A stretch of DNA of 64,000 nt from Amphiscolops sp. MND2022 (Eukaryota): NCBI GenBank assembly GCA_964187785.1, contig OZ076419.1, positions 14,260,001-14,324,000 on the forward strand. The letters run 5' to 3'. The notes under the pieces are model-generated. The model made no database searches. It was not told the origin of the DNA and saw only the letters and a list, made by a program, of their open reading frames with translations. Of the stretch, positions 1-13,645 are shown in pieces; position 1 is the first letter of the stretch; each line of letters opens with the position of its first letter. Both the position numbers and the translations under genes were made by a program.

Positions 1-104
1 GCTATTTGAGTAAAGACCGAGTGCATCTACGTCCAGCTGCGTATTATCACCTGGTCAAAACAATCAATAAAACCTTAACAGATATTCTCTCTCACAATCG
101 CTGA
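1..104 (+). pseudogene. 3' end of SGNH/GDSL hydrolase pseudogene 1 (duplicate of 29810-29913; truncated by window start)
   Basis: Same sequence as the end of 29250-29913; translates YLSKDRVHLRPAAYYHLVKTINKTLTDILSHNR*, containing the DxxH block V motif; TGA at 102-104. Confidence 0.7.
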
Positions 105-1032
105 AATTACATACTATTTAATCCCCATAGTTTGTTTTCATTCATTCGAATGAGTTATCATAGTCTTATATTATAAACATAACGTTTAATTGTTCGCGCG
201 AGTTGTTTGAACATATCTTCTCAACTGCAGAAATTTTTTTAGCTACTAGAAGATTGGTTCAAGTTTAATGACAGACAGAAAATTGAAAATAGATCGCATC
301 GTTTTGGAAAATATTTATTGTCAACTTTCCTGAATTCCAGCAACTTTATTGAGCGATTCATTTTTTAAAAAATTTATGCTACCAGGACTGATCAATATTT
401 TCATATACTTTCACGGAGTTCTACAGTTTATTTAAATACTGGCACTAAAAATTACCAGGCAAAAATGACTTCATCGATATTTTGAAGTCAATAAGGTTCA
501 ATATTGGTTTTTTCTCAAATCCGTTTTTCTTGATGGTGAAACATTGCAAACATTTTTTATCGATGCCAGAATAGCCTGTGTAGAAGGTTTTTTGTTTTCC
601 AATGTTTCAATGTTCATTTCAACAATTCACATCTGCAATTCATTCATTTCGCTATCTAGCCGAGTTTAATAATTTTCACGTTTTCTAGATACACTAATGT
701 TACTTCTATGTCAGTAATATGGGCAAAAAAAGTTAGTTGTTTGTTCCATTTTGTCTAATAAGGTATCAAAAAATCATTGCAAACGTAGGTTGGTATACTT
801 CAGAGAAGAGTCGTTACCAAATGTGGCGTTTGTGGCCGCTTTGTGTCATCTAATTAGTTGTTCTGTGTTTGCACCAACCAGAAACTCCTCCAGTTGTAAC
901 TTCACTAAAGCACTTTAGCATAATATGATCGGATAGGGCTTCAAATTTTAAAAGTCTTTTGTTCCGTTAAAGATCCAGAATAATGACACTGATCACCCCG
1001 CGGAAAAAATTCCAAGGAATAATAGGTTGGTA

Positions 1033-4000
1033 GAATTCCAACATTATGATTGGTAGCAGAAGCATGATCGACTAAATTAGGTCACTGTACTGCTCAAAAC
1101 TGCGAGTTGAGAAACCACTCTGGTATTTATCAAGTTAACCTTATAAACCATTTCTTTTGATTACATTGAACAAGTTAGATTTGTGTTGATAACTCCTTTG
1201 CTCATGAAATGAGTTATTGACTAGAAACTTGTAGCTATAAGGAATTCTTTGGGTTATACCTTTTTCACAATTTTCCAGTTTATTCATTTTTAAACAAAAT
1301 GTTATATTTCATATGTCCATTTTTTGCATATACCCGAAATACATAGAATTAACGAATGTGGTACTGATGTTACGAAGCAACTGCTTCAATCATTGTATGT
1401 TCGTTTTAAGCAAACAAACTTCGCCTTTTCCATCACCTCCTTTTTTTAAGAACACGTAGACGGTTCTTTCCCATCAATTGCAAGTCCGGTTGTCTTTCGA
1501 TTGTTTCGGAGAAGCCTTCGTCATTGCGGGTATCACAACGTGCTCAATATTCACTACCTTTCTTGTTTAAGCCCTTAATCCGACAGCAAGTTGCTCCACG
1601 CATCTTCCGTCAAACGATGATCACGCGTCGAGTTTGCGCGAGACCATTTCCAACTACATGACGCATGCCGACTCACAGTCGCGTCTGCCTACACCAGGTC
1701 CATCTTTCATCCCCATTCCTAACGTCTACCAATCCCCTCCTCCGAACTGTCACGATGATCACCTCAACATGCAAAAGAAGTTAAAGATGCATTTGGTCAC
1801 TGTAATTGGCGATGTTCTGAGTATTCACGATGCGTCTTTAACTGGCGAAACTTGTGATAAACGTCTGCGAACGTCCCCTCTGTCTCACAAGTTTTTGATC
1901 CCTAAACACTGTCAAAAAAAACAAAAAAATTTGTCACAAGCTCAACCTAAGCACTTCGCTTAAACTCTGACTCTGCTGCAAAGACTAAATAATCAGTGAC
2001 AATAGATAGTTCAAAAATGCCTGGCCCAGTGTATTGTCAACTTATTGGGTCAACGAAGACGAGGACGAAGCTTTAATTGAGAAAATTTTATCACTGTTAC
2101 CATAATCAGTTGTCGAGCTTTTCTGTCGAACCACGGAGAAATTCAGCACAAACTTCAAAAACGTTTCACAACGTTGCCGTGTGATAGTGGCGGATAGAAC
2201 GATTGACAGAAAATTGATTCTTCAAACAAAAAAAATTGACTGGTGCAGATATGGAACGAAATTTTAACGCGATACCTTTGCCTGATGTTATTTGCCCATG
2301 AGGCTGCTGGGAGTTCATCGAAAAATGTCAAACTATATCTTTTGAGAATTTCATAGCTAAAATAGATCCTCAGTTTCGAAAATTTGCTTTCGATGAATAC
2401 GATTTGGTAGGCATTTGTCCCAATTACCCTGAAAGATTCAAATTACTTGGAAAGATTGACATCAAACCTACCATAATTCTCAACGATGATGGAAGTCTGT
2501 CTTGCCTCACGTGTTTAAAACATTCTGGTGAATCCCTTCAATATGTACATCCCCCGAAGCCCCCTAGTTAGTAGTGTTTCTCCTAACAAGCCGGAACGGC
2601 TAGCCTATACACAACAACAGATAAACATTGTGAAGACTGGGAAACCCAAATTCAATTCCATTCCAGCCACCTTATTGAAGAAAGAGGTAGTTACACTGGC
2701 ATTAGTAGCAGCACGCTTCAGTTCCCAACATTTTTTGGAAAATTCAACACTCCTAACAGATTTATTCGAGCACGTTAGTTCCAAAGGAAGATCCGATGTA
2801 TACCCTCTTGTGGATTATTTTTTTAAAAAACAACATCGTAGACCAAAACTTAGCAGAATTCCTTTTTAACAGCAATTTGAAACTGACACAAGATGAGATT
2901 TTAGCTGCAATCGCCAACACAATATTTCAATGTACGATGCCTTCAGAATGCAAAATCAAATGAATTCCAACATTATGATTGGCAGCAGAAGCATGATCGA
3001 CTAAATTAGGTCACTGTACTGCTCAAAATTGCGAGTTGAGAAACCACTCTGGTATTTATCAAGTTAACTTTATAAACCATTTCTTTTGATTACATTGAAC
3101 AAGTTAGATTTGAGTTGATAACTCCTTTGCTCATGAAATGAGTTATTGACTAGAAACTTGTAGCTATAAGGAATTCTTTGGGTAAAACCTTTTTCACAAT
3201 TTTCCAGTTTATTCATTTTTTATACAAAATGTTATTTTTCATATGTCCATTTTTTGCATATACCCGAAATACATAGAATTAACGAATGTGGTACTGATGT
3301 TACGAAGCAACTGCTTCAATCATTGTATGTTCGTTTTAAGCAAACAAACTTCGCCTTTTCCATCACCTCCTTTTTTTAAGAACACGTAGACGGTTCTTTT
3401 CCATCAATTGCAAGTCCGGTTGTCTTTCGATTGTTTCGGAGAAGCCTTCGTCATTGCGGGTATCACAACGTGCTCAATATTCACTACCTTTCTTGTTTAA
3501 GCCCTTAATCCGACAGCAAGTTGCTCCACGCATCTTCCGTCAAACGATGATCACGCGTCGAACTTGCGCGAGACCATTTCCAACTACATGACGCATGCCG
3601 ACTCACAGTCGCGTCTGCCTACACCAGGTCCATCTTTCATCCCCATTCCTAACGTCTACCAATCCCCTCCTCCGAACTGTCACGATGATCACCTCAACAT
3701 GCAAAAGAAGTTAAAGATGCATTTGGTCACTGTAATTGGCGATGTTCTGAGTATTCACGATGCGTCTTTAACTGGCGAAACTTGTGATAAACGTCTGCGA
3801 ACGTCCCCTCTGTCTCACAAGTTTTTGATCCCTAAACACTGTCAAAAAAAACAAAAAATTTTGTCACAAGCTCAACCTAAGCACTTCGCTTAAACTCTGA
3901 CTCTGCTGCAAAGACTAAATAATCAGTGACAATAGATAGTTCAAAAATGCCTGGCCCAGTGTATTGTCAACTTATTGGGTCAACGAAGACGAGGACGAAG

Positions 4001-6838
4001 CTTTAATTGAGAAAATTTTATCACTGTTACCATAATCAGTTGTCGAGTTTTTCTGTCGAACCACGGAGAAATTCAGCACAAACTTCAAAAACGTTTCACA
4101 ACGTTGCCGTGTGATAGTGGCGGATAGAACGATTGACAGAAAATTGATTCTTCAAACAAAAAAAAATTGACTGGTGCAGATATGGAACGAAATTTTAACG
4201 CGATACCTTTGCCTGATGTTATTTGCCCATGAGGCTGCTGGGAGTTCATCGAAAAATGTCAAACTATATCTTTTGAGAATTTCATAGCTAAAATAGATCC
4301 TCAGTTTCGAAAATTTGCTTTCGATGAATACGATTTGGTAGGCATTTGTCCCAATTACCCTGAAAGATTCAAATTACTTGGAAAGATTGACATCAAACCT
4401 ACCATAATTCTCAACGATGATGGAAGTCTGTCTTGCCTCACGTGTTTAAAACATTCTGGTGAATCCCTTCAATATGTACATCCCCCCGAAGCCCCCTAGT
4501 TAGTAGTGTTTCTCCTAACAAGCCGGAACGGCTAGCCTATACACAACAACAGATAAACATTGTGAAGACTGGGAAACCCAAATTCAATTCCATTCCAGCC
4601 ACCTTATTGAAGAAAGAGGTAGTTACACTGGCATTAGTAGCAGCACGCTTCAGTTCCCAACATTTTTTGGAAAATTCAACACTCCTAACAGATTCATTCG
4701 AGCACGTTAGTTCCAAAGGAAGATCCGATGTATACCCTCTTGTGGATTACTTTTTTAAAAAACAACATCGTAGACCAAAACTTAGCAGAATTCCTTTTTA
4801 ACAGCAATTTGAAACTGACACAAGATGAGATTTTAGCTGCAATCGCCAACACAATATTTCAATGTACGATGCCTTCAGAATGCAAAATCAAATGAATTCC
4901 AACATTATGATTGGTAGCAGAAGCATGATCGACTAAATTAGGTCACTGTACTGCTCAAAATTGCGAGTTGAGAAACCACTCTGGTATTTATCAAGTTAAC
5001 TTTATAAACCATTTCTTTTGATTACATTGAACAAGTTAGATTTGAGTTGATAACTCCTTTGCTCATGAAATGAGTTATTGACTAGAAACTTGTAGCTATA
5101 AGGAATTCTTTGGGTAAAACCTTTTTCACAATTTTCCAGTTTATTCATTTTTTATACAAAATGTTATTTTTCATATGTCCATTTTTTGCATATACCCGAA
5201 ATACATAGAATTAACGAATGTGGTACTGATGTTACGAAGCAACTGCTTCAATCATTGTATGTTCGTTTTAAGCAAACAAACTTCGCCTTTTCCATCACCT
5301 CCTTTTTTTAAGAACACGTAGACGGTTCTTTTCCATCAATTGCAAGTCCGGTTGTCTTTCGATTGTTTCGGAGAAGCCTTCGTCATTGCGTGTATCACAA
5401 TGTGCTCAATATTCACTACCTTTCTTTTTTAGGCCCTTAATCCGACAGCAAGTTGCTCCACGCATCTTCCGTCAAACGATGATCACGCGTCGAACTTGCG
5501 CGAGACCATTTCCAACTACATGACGCATGCCGACTCACAGTCGCGTCTGCCTACACCAGGTCCATCTTTCATCCCCATTCCTAACGTCTACCAATCCCCT
5601 CCTCCGAACTGTCACGATGATCACCTCAACATGCAAAAGAAGTTAAAGATGCATTTGGTCACTGTAATTGGCGATGTTCTGAGTATTCACGATGCGTCTT
5701 TAACTGGCGAAACTTGTGATAAATGTCTGCGAACGTCCCCTCTGTCTCACAAGTTTTTGATCCCTAAACACTGTCAAAAAAAACAAAAAAAATTGTCACA
5801 AGCTCAACCTAAGCACTTCGCTTAAACTCTGACTCTGCTGCAAAGACTAAATAATCAGTGACAATAGATAGTTCAAAAATGCCTGGCCCAGTGTATTGTC
5901 AACTTATTGGGTCAACGAAGACGAGGACGAAGCTTTAATTGAGAAAATTTTATCACTGTTACCATAATCAGTTGTCGAGCTTTTCTGTCGAACCACGGAG
6001 AAATTCAGCACAAACTTCAAAAACGTTTCACAACGTTGCCGTGTGATAGTGGCGGATAGAACGATTGACAGAAAATTGATTCTTCAAACAAAAAAAAGAA
6101 TTGACTGGTGCAGATATGGAACGAAATTTTAACGCGATACCTTTGCCTGATGTTGTTTGCCCATGAGGCTGCTGGGAGTTCATCGAAAAATGTCAAACTA
6201 TATCTTTTGAGAATTTCATAGCTAAAATAAATCCTCAGTTTCGAAAATTTGCTTTCGATGAATACGATTTGGTAGGCATTTGTCCCAATTACCCTGAAGG
6301 ATTCAAATTACTTGGAAAGATTGACATCAAACCTGCCACAATTCTCAACGATGATGGAAGTCTTACTTGCCTCACGTGTTTAAAACATTCTGGTGAATCC
6401 CTTCGATATGTACAATCCCCCCCGAAGCCCCCTAGTTAGTAGTGTTTCTCCTAACAAGCCGTAACGGCTAGCCTATACACAACAACAGATAAACATTGTG
6501 AAGACTGGGAAACCCAAATTCAATTCCCATTCCAGCCACCTTATTGAAGAAAGAGGTAGTTACACTGGCATTAGTAGCAGCACGCTTCAGTTCCCAACAT
6601 TTTTTGGAAAATTCAACACTCCTAACAGATTTATTCGAGCACGTTAGTTCCAAAGGAAGATCCGATGTATACCCTCTTGTGGATTATTTTTTTAAAAAAC
6701 AACATCGTAGACCAAAACTTAGCAGAATTCCTTTTTAACAGCAATTTGAAACTGACACAAGATGAGATTTTAGCTGCAATCGCCAACACAATATTTCAAT
6801 GTACCAGGCCTTCAGAATGCAAAATCAAATGAATTCCA
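1033..6838 (+). repeat. Tandem triplication of a 1.93-kb unit (5' region and N-terminal coding part of E1)
   Basis: Units start at GAATTCCA at 1033, 2962 and 4894; the array ends at GAATTCCA 6831-6838. The MRETISNY... and ...KKEVVTLALV... ORFs each occur three times. Confidence 0.97.
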
Positions 6839-8392
6839 GTCAGGATAAGGAAGTGTTTCAAATGCCTGTCCCCATTTTTGCCCACCAGCTGCATGGTGTG
6901 TCACAACATGGATTCAGGCCACAACGACAATTCAGTAACACAAACGAATGTCTCTCTGTTCTGAAGGCTTATCACGTTTCTCACCATCTTTCCTTTCAAC
7001 TTTGCGTCAGTCGAGCAATGATGAGATTTGTCGTTTGTCCAAAACTTTTGCTAACCTCGTGACTGCGTCTAGTAGATTTGCTACGACAAACCAAATTGAC
7101 CAACTCTTCAGTTTTTGAAAACTTCAGCGTTCACTTCGTTCTCGATGCCACTTCGCTAAGGTTCAAGCATGAGTTTGTGAAAATCTTGAATGTTCCTGCT
7201 GTCACACTACCAACCCGTTCCTTCAACGAAATCTCAACGCCAGCCAGCGCTAGTGACATGATCTTCGTTTTTGCTCCATCGCGAGCGGAACGTGATGCAA
7301 ACATACCACCTGACACCATTTTCTGTAACTCATACGTAAACCAACTAGTTTTTTGAGCAAAAACTTCACGAAAGCTGACTTTTACTGCCGTCATTTCAGA
7401 ACTAACTCTGCTTGGTTCGATTCTTTTACGTGAGATAAGCGTTTAACCAAAACTACCTTTGCAAAGTTTTATGATTTCGCTAGCAAAGGACGTGGGATTT
7501 TGCTGTTCATGAAAAACTGCAAACTTCAGATAACAAACAGATGTTGAACACTTTTTTTAACCAGTGTTAGTGGTCAGAACATTGCCCCCTGTTCAAACCA
7601 CGAGTTTGCTGATTCAAAAAAAACCCTTTAGATCCTCTGACTTGCTTCGACCGCTCTTGTAATAACAAAGCCAAATAGGTTTGTCCTAAAGTAGATTGTA
7701 CAAGCGGAGTGTGTAAAAAACACAGTGAACAAATGATCGACGATTCAAACAATTGTGCCATCACTAGTGAAAAAACACGGTTTGTTTAACAATACGCCGA
7801 ACATATCGACAATCCAAGTGATTCAGTAACAGACAACGAAACTGTCATGAAAGGGCATAATCTTTCTTCAAGTGAATTAGAGATAATTTTTGAACCCGAT
7901 GACTACTTGACAAGGTCCATTGATTCAAACAACCCAGCGATTACTATTTCTTCAAGTGCTGGTGTTCCTTCAGTTACGTATCAGTTAACCACAACCATCA
8001 AGTACTTAAGAAAGTTCTTTTGAACAATTTTTTGAACATACTTCAAAGAACCAAAGCACCCCTCTGGACAACGAATGCGCACACAAATTTCATACAAAGC
8101 ATCGTTAGTCGAATACCGAACACGTCCGTGCCCCTTCTTTACCCAGAATCACTTTTATTCCTTGGCATTTTTTGGAAACAATAATAAGATGGTTGTTTCC
8201 CAGGCGCTATACCGTCTTTCTTACTGCAATCAGACAAATTGAACAGAAAATTGGGCTTCGCGACAGTAACCAACCACCTTTGGAGTAGATTGACAAATGG
8301 CGCACTCTTAAAATCATCCAGTTTGGGCTATGCAAGTTTGGCGTTTGATATAAAAATGATTCAAGAGCTCAATAAGTCCCACAGTAACCTCA

Positions 8393-9290
8393 TTGTTTTC
8401 AAACGAGGATTCGAGGATTACCTCCGAGATGACGAAGCTCTCAAAATGCCCAGCTGCGCAATCAAGTGAGACGGACTTGATAGCTCGAAAAGAGTACAGG
8501 AGGTTGCAGCCGAATGTGCAGAAGAAAGCCCGCATTACTTTTTTACTTACTTGTTCAATGGCAGGGCATTTTGGTATCCGACCTCTTTTTGAAGCAATAA
8601 ACAAAACGTATGCTTGCGAGAACAAGGACGTGTATGAAGCAGTTGTCCAAAGTTTCATGGAATTGTTTGTTGAAAGGCCATTGGGTCAAGTTTCACGCAT
8701 TTGGTGGCGATACGAAGTTCAAACGAGTCAAAGTAACTTGGCTCATATCCACTACTTACTTTGGGTCAATGAACTGAAATCGTCAGAGTCCTTCCAGAAT
8801 CGAGTTGTGCTTAAAAAGTGCCAACTTTTGCTCTCTTGAAGACACTTTCCTAAAGACAGTAGGCCTTGTTAGAGAAACTGACCATGCTTTCAGTTTTTAT
8901 AAAGATGCCGTAAATATACATTACCACTCTTGCGCAGCAACAAACTTCAGATGCCATAAGAGAACAGACGAAAAAGGACAAAGCTATTGCCGCTACCCTA
9001 CTTACCCAACAATCTCACAGTATCATTTGGAAGAAGTGGACGTCAACCACTCCGAAAGGTTTCCATGTTCTGTCACTATGCCTACTCGCAAATGAAAAGA
9101 TCGGGTACAGCAACACGATGTGTGTCACAGACGACCTGAAAGCTGGGCAATGGCTATACCCCAGTCAAAGAAATCAAAACGTAACAGCGATGAATTCTCA
9201 CATTTTCGTACTGACAGAGACTCAAAACAACCTTTTAATCTGCGAGAAGTATCTCTCGGCAAGATATATCGCAAAATATGCTGCTGGAGT
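8393..9290 (+). pseudogene. HUH (Y2) replication-initiator domain of E1 copy A
   Basis: Motif 1-like ITFLLTCSMAGHFG; motif 2 RYEVQTSQSNLAHIHYLLW (HUH); Cys/His segment HYHSCAATNFRC...CRYPTYP; motif 3 RYIAKYAAG (Y-x3-Y). Spread over three frames. Confidence 0.85.
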
Positions 9291-10417
9291 AGAAGAGAAA
9301 GCAAACGTTTTAATTAGCGCTGCCAAACACGAAAACACGCTACAAGTTGACGTTGGAGAAATACATAATAGCAAAATTGCCAGCGTCCAACATCGTTTAC
9401 AACGCGAACAAGAAAATCGGAGAAAAAGTTTCTGCCAAGCCAAACACATCTGCATTACTGAATGTTACTCGCACCTTTTCGATCTTCCTTTTGTAAAATC
9501 ATCCTTCAGCAGTGTCTGCATCAACACGAACGAAATGGAATGCAAGCCTGGTCCTAAACTAGCAACGCAAAGTAGAACTTTGTATCCCACAATCAACGGC
9601 AGGCACACGGACATCGAATTTGATAAACATTCGCGACACTCTTCCCTTTTGGCGTTAGTTCACGGGAAGTCAAAAGGCTACAATACAACTACACCTCGAA
9701 AGTAGCATTTCTGTTTGCAATATTACAGCTTACAGTTGTAGACCACCAGAACTGCTTTCCCTTCGAAATCCCAAAGATTATTTCTAGCTAATAGAACGCC
9801 ACGATATCAGATAAAACTGAACATCCAGAAACTACAACAATTGTTCACTAGGAACAGTATGGTCTGGATAGATGGGTTCGGAAAGCAAATTTTTACAAGG
9901 AAGAAACGCATTAGCCACTTCTTAGACTATTTGCGAAACTCCGATTCACAATGTGCTGTTCACCTGAGGACGATGTTCCGAGCGGAATTGGACCTTTTGC
10001 CTCTCACATCTGCACATGATGACAGCAGAAGCAACGCTGTTGTTTGTTTCTCAAAAATTTATCCAGCAGACGCAAGAAAGTTTCTAGTTCATCTTCTACT
10101 CTCAATGGGTCATTTTGATACAGAGTTAGACCTTTTCAATTGCAACAATTTGTGGGATAGCTTCAAAAACCCTGGACTAAGGACAAATACAACAACCAAA
10201 GAAAACATATTGGATATCACTCGAAATTACATTCTTGAACAGGCCCAATTTCTGCCGGGTTCTACGAGAATGTTTGACCAAATGTCGTCCAATGCTTCCA
10301 GCTGTTAACAGACTTTTTTGAGAAGGGCTCAATTTCCTACATGCAGCCACCCCGTGTTTTGTTGTCTTCAATCAAAAATTGTATGAATGACAAGACCCAA
10401 ACTTTTCAACAAATCGC

Positions 10418-11925
10418 ATGAACATTGCCAAAGGTTTGGTTGCGTCTGGAAAAGTTGAAAATAGCCCAAATGAACAAATGATCGCAGAAGCGACTACGTC
10501 GTCCGTTGTTTGTTTCTCTGCGACAATCACCAAACTGACCAGTCAAAGCAATTCTGCCTTTGAGAAACAATTGAATGTACTGAAGAAGTTTATCGACGTA
10601 ATTGACTGTTACCGATCTGGTGCAACAACATTCATTCCACATCATTTTGTTTTAGGAAAACCGGGAACTGGGAACTCCACATTCACTCTTGTTGCCCTCT
10701 ATTACTCAATGTGCAAGGGTCTCAGTTGCATGGTTACAACAGTAGCTGGCGAAAAAGAGGCACAGTTTGGTGGACTGCATCTACATCGGCTCATCCCCCT
10801 CCCCATCAACACAAAATTGCTAGTGATGAAACAGGTTGAATCGACAGTCCAAAGACTCTATTGCGAACCAATGAGATTGATCCTCTTGAAAAGTTTAGAC
10901 GCCTTGATCATAGACGAAATTGGTATGCTGAATTCTGAGCAATGGTGCGTATTGGATCATGTGCTCCGGTTCTATAACAATTGCAACCTTCCAATGGGTG
11001 GAGTTTTAGTCATCGGCAACAGAGATCCCAAACAACTGGGACCACCTGCGGGACCCCTCCTTTGGATTCCCCCTGTACAATTTACCAACTTCACGTTGTT
11101 TTATTTGTCGGAATACGTTCGAATGGTGAATCCTCTGGGGACGCGAGTTTTGTCTTTGTTGGATAGTGTTCAAATAACTGAAACTGAGACGAGTGAAATT
11201 GTACGTAACTCAGAAGAAAGCTGTCGAATCGTAGGGAACTGGGAAGACATTAATGACCAAGCAATTCTGAAGGTACTACCAACTAAGCAGGCCGAAAGAA
11301 AACTAGTGCAAAAACATCAGCAATTTATTCAATGTTCACATCGAGAATATGTGTTACACAAATCTGTTGATGAAAATTCGAGGCGAGTTCAGAACCTTTG
11401 GGTTTCAACTCAGGACGTCAAAAGTGTTGCACATTTAAATAAAACTTGTTTGGAACCTGATTCGCTACTACTTTATGAAGGAGCCTCAATGAGAATGACT
11501 CGCAAAATTATAGATTTACATGTCACCCAAGGTCAACTTTGTGTTGTGAAAAAAGTTCCCCAGTCCAACAGTAACACTATTGAGATGTACGTAGCCCCAC
11601 CGTGTGTACGCACGTTGCCACCTGTTGGAGCTGATGGAAACCGTAGTTACGATTTGTTTGGATGGCAAAATATAATAGTAAAGAAGATCGAAGGCCTTCT
11701 TCATAGTTTTCGTTATCTTCCTCACTCCGTCGTATACAGTTTCCTCTGAAGCCTTTTCAAGCTGCGACATTTCATTAGTGCATAGGAGATGATGTGCCTC
11801 TCCTAGCAACTCAAATTGCCACCAATGATCCGTCGGAACGGTCGATGTTCAAGCTTTCGGAAAAAAACCAGCTTTTGGTTTTGGTTAGCCGCGTCGAAGC
11901 ATTAAAGCATTTAAGCTTCTTCGGC
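10418..11925 (+). pseudogene. PIF1-family (SF1B) helicase domain of E1 copy A
   Basis: Walker A LGKPGTGNS (catalytic Lys replaced by Asn), Walker B LIIDEIGML, motif III GGVLVIGNRDPKQL. After a frameshift near 11735: motif V QFPLKPFQAATFH*CIGDD and motif VI QLLVLVSRV. Confidence 0.92.
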
Positions 11926-12099
11926 TCAAAATCAAGCAGCTTGAAAACAATTGAAGCAATTTGATACAACACTAGCCAGTGGAATTATTTCATCCACGAT
12001 TTTGTGGAATCGCTAGCTAATCAGAACCCCTCTGTCGCCGTAACAACATTTTCCATCTCGCAACTTGTATGTGCCATGTCACGCCAAACGCTCCCTGAA

Positions 12100-12340
12100 G
12101 ACGATTGTGCAACAGTTTACTGCTTCATGTCCCTAAAAGATCAGCCGTGGTAATATAGGTAGATGTGTCAATATTCGGAAAAAAATAGAACGAGCAAACT
12201 CTTATTGTGCTGAGAGTCCGAAATCGACTGTTACAAAAAACCTTGGGCTCTCCTTTGTGCTGCTTTTGAGCCAAGTGTTTCTACTACAGATGCTTCCACA
12301 ATCGCTTTGGAGAGTAACTGGTTCAACGCCGTACACTGTT
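12100..12340 (+). pseudogene. SLX1-like GIY-YIG endonuclease domain at the C-terminus of E1 copy A
   Basis: TVYCFMSLKDQPW followed by a decayed (Y)IG, then ERANS...TKKPWALLCAAF...ALESNW. Same frame as helicase motif VI apart from one stop. Matches the clearer E3 domain. Confidence 0.65.
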
Positions 12341-13035
12341 TGCAAAGAAAAACCCTAATGATGTTTTCCAATGTTTACGGGATGTAACTGAACGTGATAC
12401 TACTTTTCATAGAAGCATCAATTTTGTGGCTTTCGTGGACAGTCAATGACGTCTTTGTGGTTATCTTTAAGATAATCTTTTCTAAGCAGTTTTATGTCGA
12501 AATCTCCTGAAAAAATGATGTAAAATGTTCATAACAATAATAACTCATTGTGTGTTATATTTGTTTACGTTTGTTCAAGCACGAATAAGTGCCAACTTTG
12601 AAAATCGGAATACAAAACTCTCACAAAAAAGAATCATTAAGATCAAACTGCCGAGAGTTTGAATAAAAAACAAATTATCAGTTGAAAATATCTGTTGCAA
12701 CATACCCAATTTTTTAAATAGACTGTTAACACATAGTAATGTAATATTATTTCCAGTGTATCATCAATGCACGTGTTCGTCGTTTTTCAAAAATTTATCA
12801 TCATAAAGTCATGTTCAATTGCGGAAGGATGAATCGTTTTTGAATTTGTAACAAATATGCTAACTCGTCTTTATGAATTGTTCTTTATCGCTTTTTTAAA
12901 CCTTTCAAATCTGCTAAGAATATATTGCCCACCTTCGGCTAATTATTATTGCCCTAAAAATGTCTTTTACGCTCTTTTGATATTGAAGAGCCCACAACTT
13001 TTTGAAACACTATGTTATGTCCTCACTCGTCTGTT

Positions 13036-13074
13036 GAACACTGATTGGCTTTCTCTGGCAGCCAATCAGTGTTC
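13036..13074. other. Perfect 15-bp stem-loop downstream of E1 copy A
   Basis: GAACACTGATTGGCT (13036-13050), 9-nt loop TTCTCTGGC, AGCCAATCAGTGTTC (13060-13074), an exact reverse complement. Confidence 0.9.
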
Positions 13075-13204
13075 CTCGGCTGACCTTGTTCAATCTGATA
13101 CCTTTTGTTAGAAGCCGTCTTCTGTTCCATTGCGTTATTTGCTGCGATACGCATCGTTAAAGCTGAATTAACTACTTTCAAGAGCTCATTGATTTTGACT
13201 TAGC

Positions 13205-13645
13205 AAATCGTTCCTAGATTGTTATGTGTAAATGATTACTTTGCCGGTTGTCTGGCTCAATAGAACACTTAATCTGTTGGGCGCTAACTGTGACCGGCTC
13301 AAGTGTCATCAATTACAAAGAATACTTTCGGACGGGTTTCCACATCGAGAGAAATCTTTCAATTGATGCTAGACTGTCAGTCGTTCAACGCCAAACCTTG
13401 TGTCCTTTCCCATATGATCTTTCTTCGTGTGATTTTGTCTTTGTTTGGCAGCTTGTTTCGAGTTTCTGGCTATGCTCATTTGCTGGAATGACTTCGTGGT
13501 GCAAAATGGTCCTAAATCGTTATGTGTAAATGATGGCATCACCGGTAGTCTGGCTCGACAGAGCACACAATCTGTTTGGCGCTAACAGTGGCTCACATGT
13601 CATCAAACACACAGTATAATTTCAGACCGGATTCCACACCGAATT
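13205..13645 (+). repeat. Pair of diverged direct repeats, about 140 bp, period about 300 bp
   Basis: gttatgtgtaaatgat...ccggt..tctggctc...aatctgtt.ggcgctaac.gtg...tgtcatcaa...ttccaca at about 13221-13345 and again at about 13519-13640. Confidence 0.75.

Larger units (their letters stand above)
1634..12400 (+). mobile_element. E1 copy A: decayed Helitron-like rolling-circle element, Rep-helicase-GIY-YIG polyprotein pseudogene (true termini not located)
   Basis: Colinear fragmented ORFs carry HUH Rep motifs (about 8500-9290), PIF1 helicase motifs (10655-11925) and GIY-YIG motifs (12100-12340). The N-terminal motif FKNAWPSVLST (about 2010) and zinc finger CNNKAK*VCPKVDCTSGVCKKH (about 7658-7723) have counterparts in E2 and E3. 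Many stops and frameshifts. Confidence 0.88.

Noticed and set aside
6468-11809. Minus-strand and short overlapping ORFs within the elements (for example 7131-7394, 8314-8658, 9222-9455, 11516-11809, and equivalents in E2, E3 and copy B)
   Set aside because: Shadow frames of the + strand polyprotein with no independent motifs.
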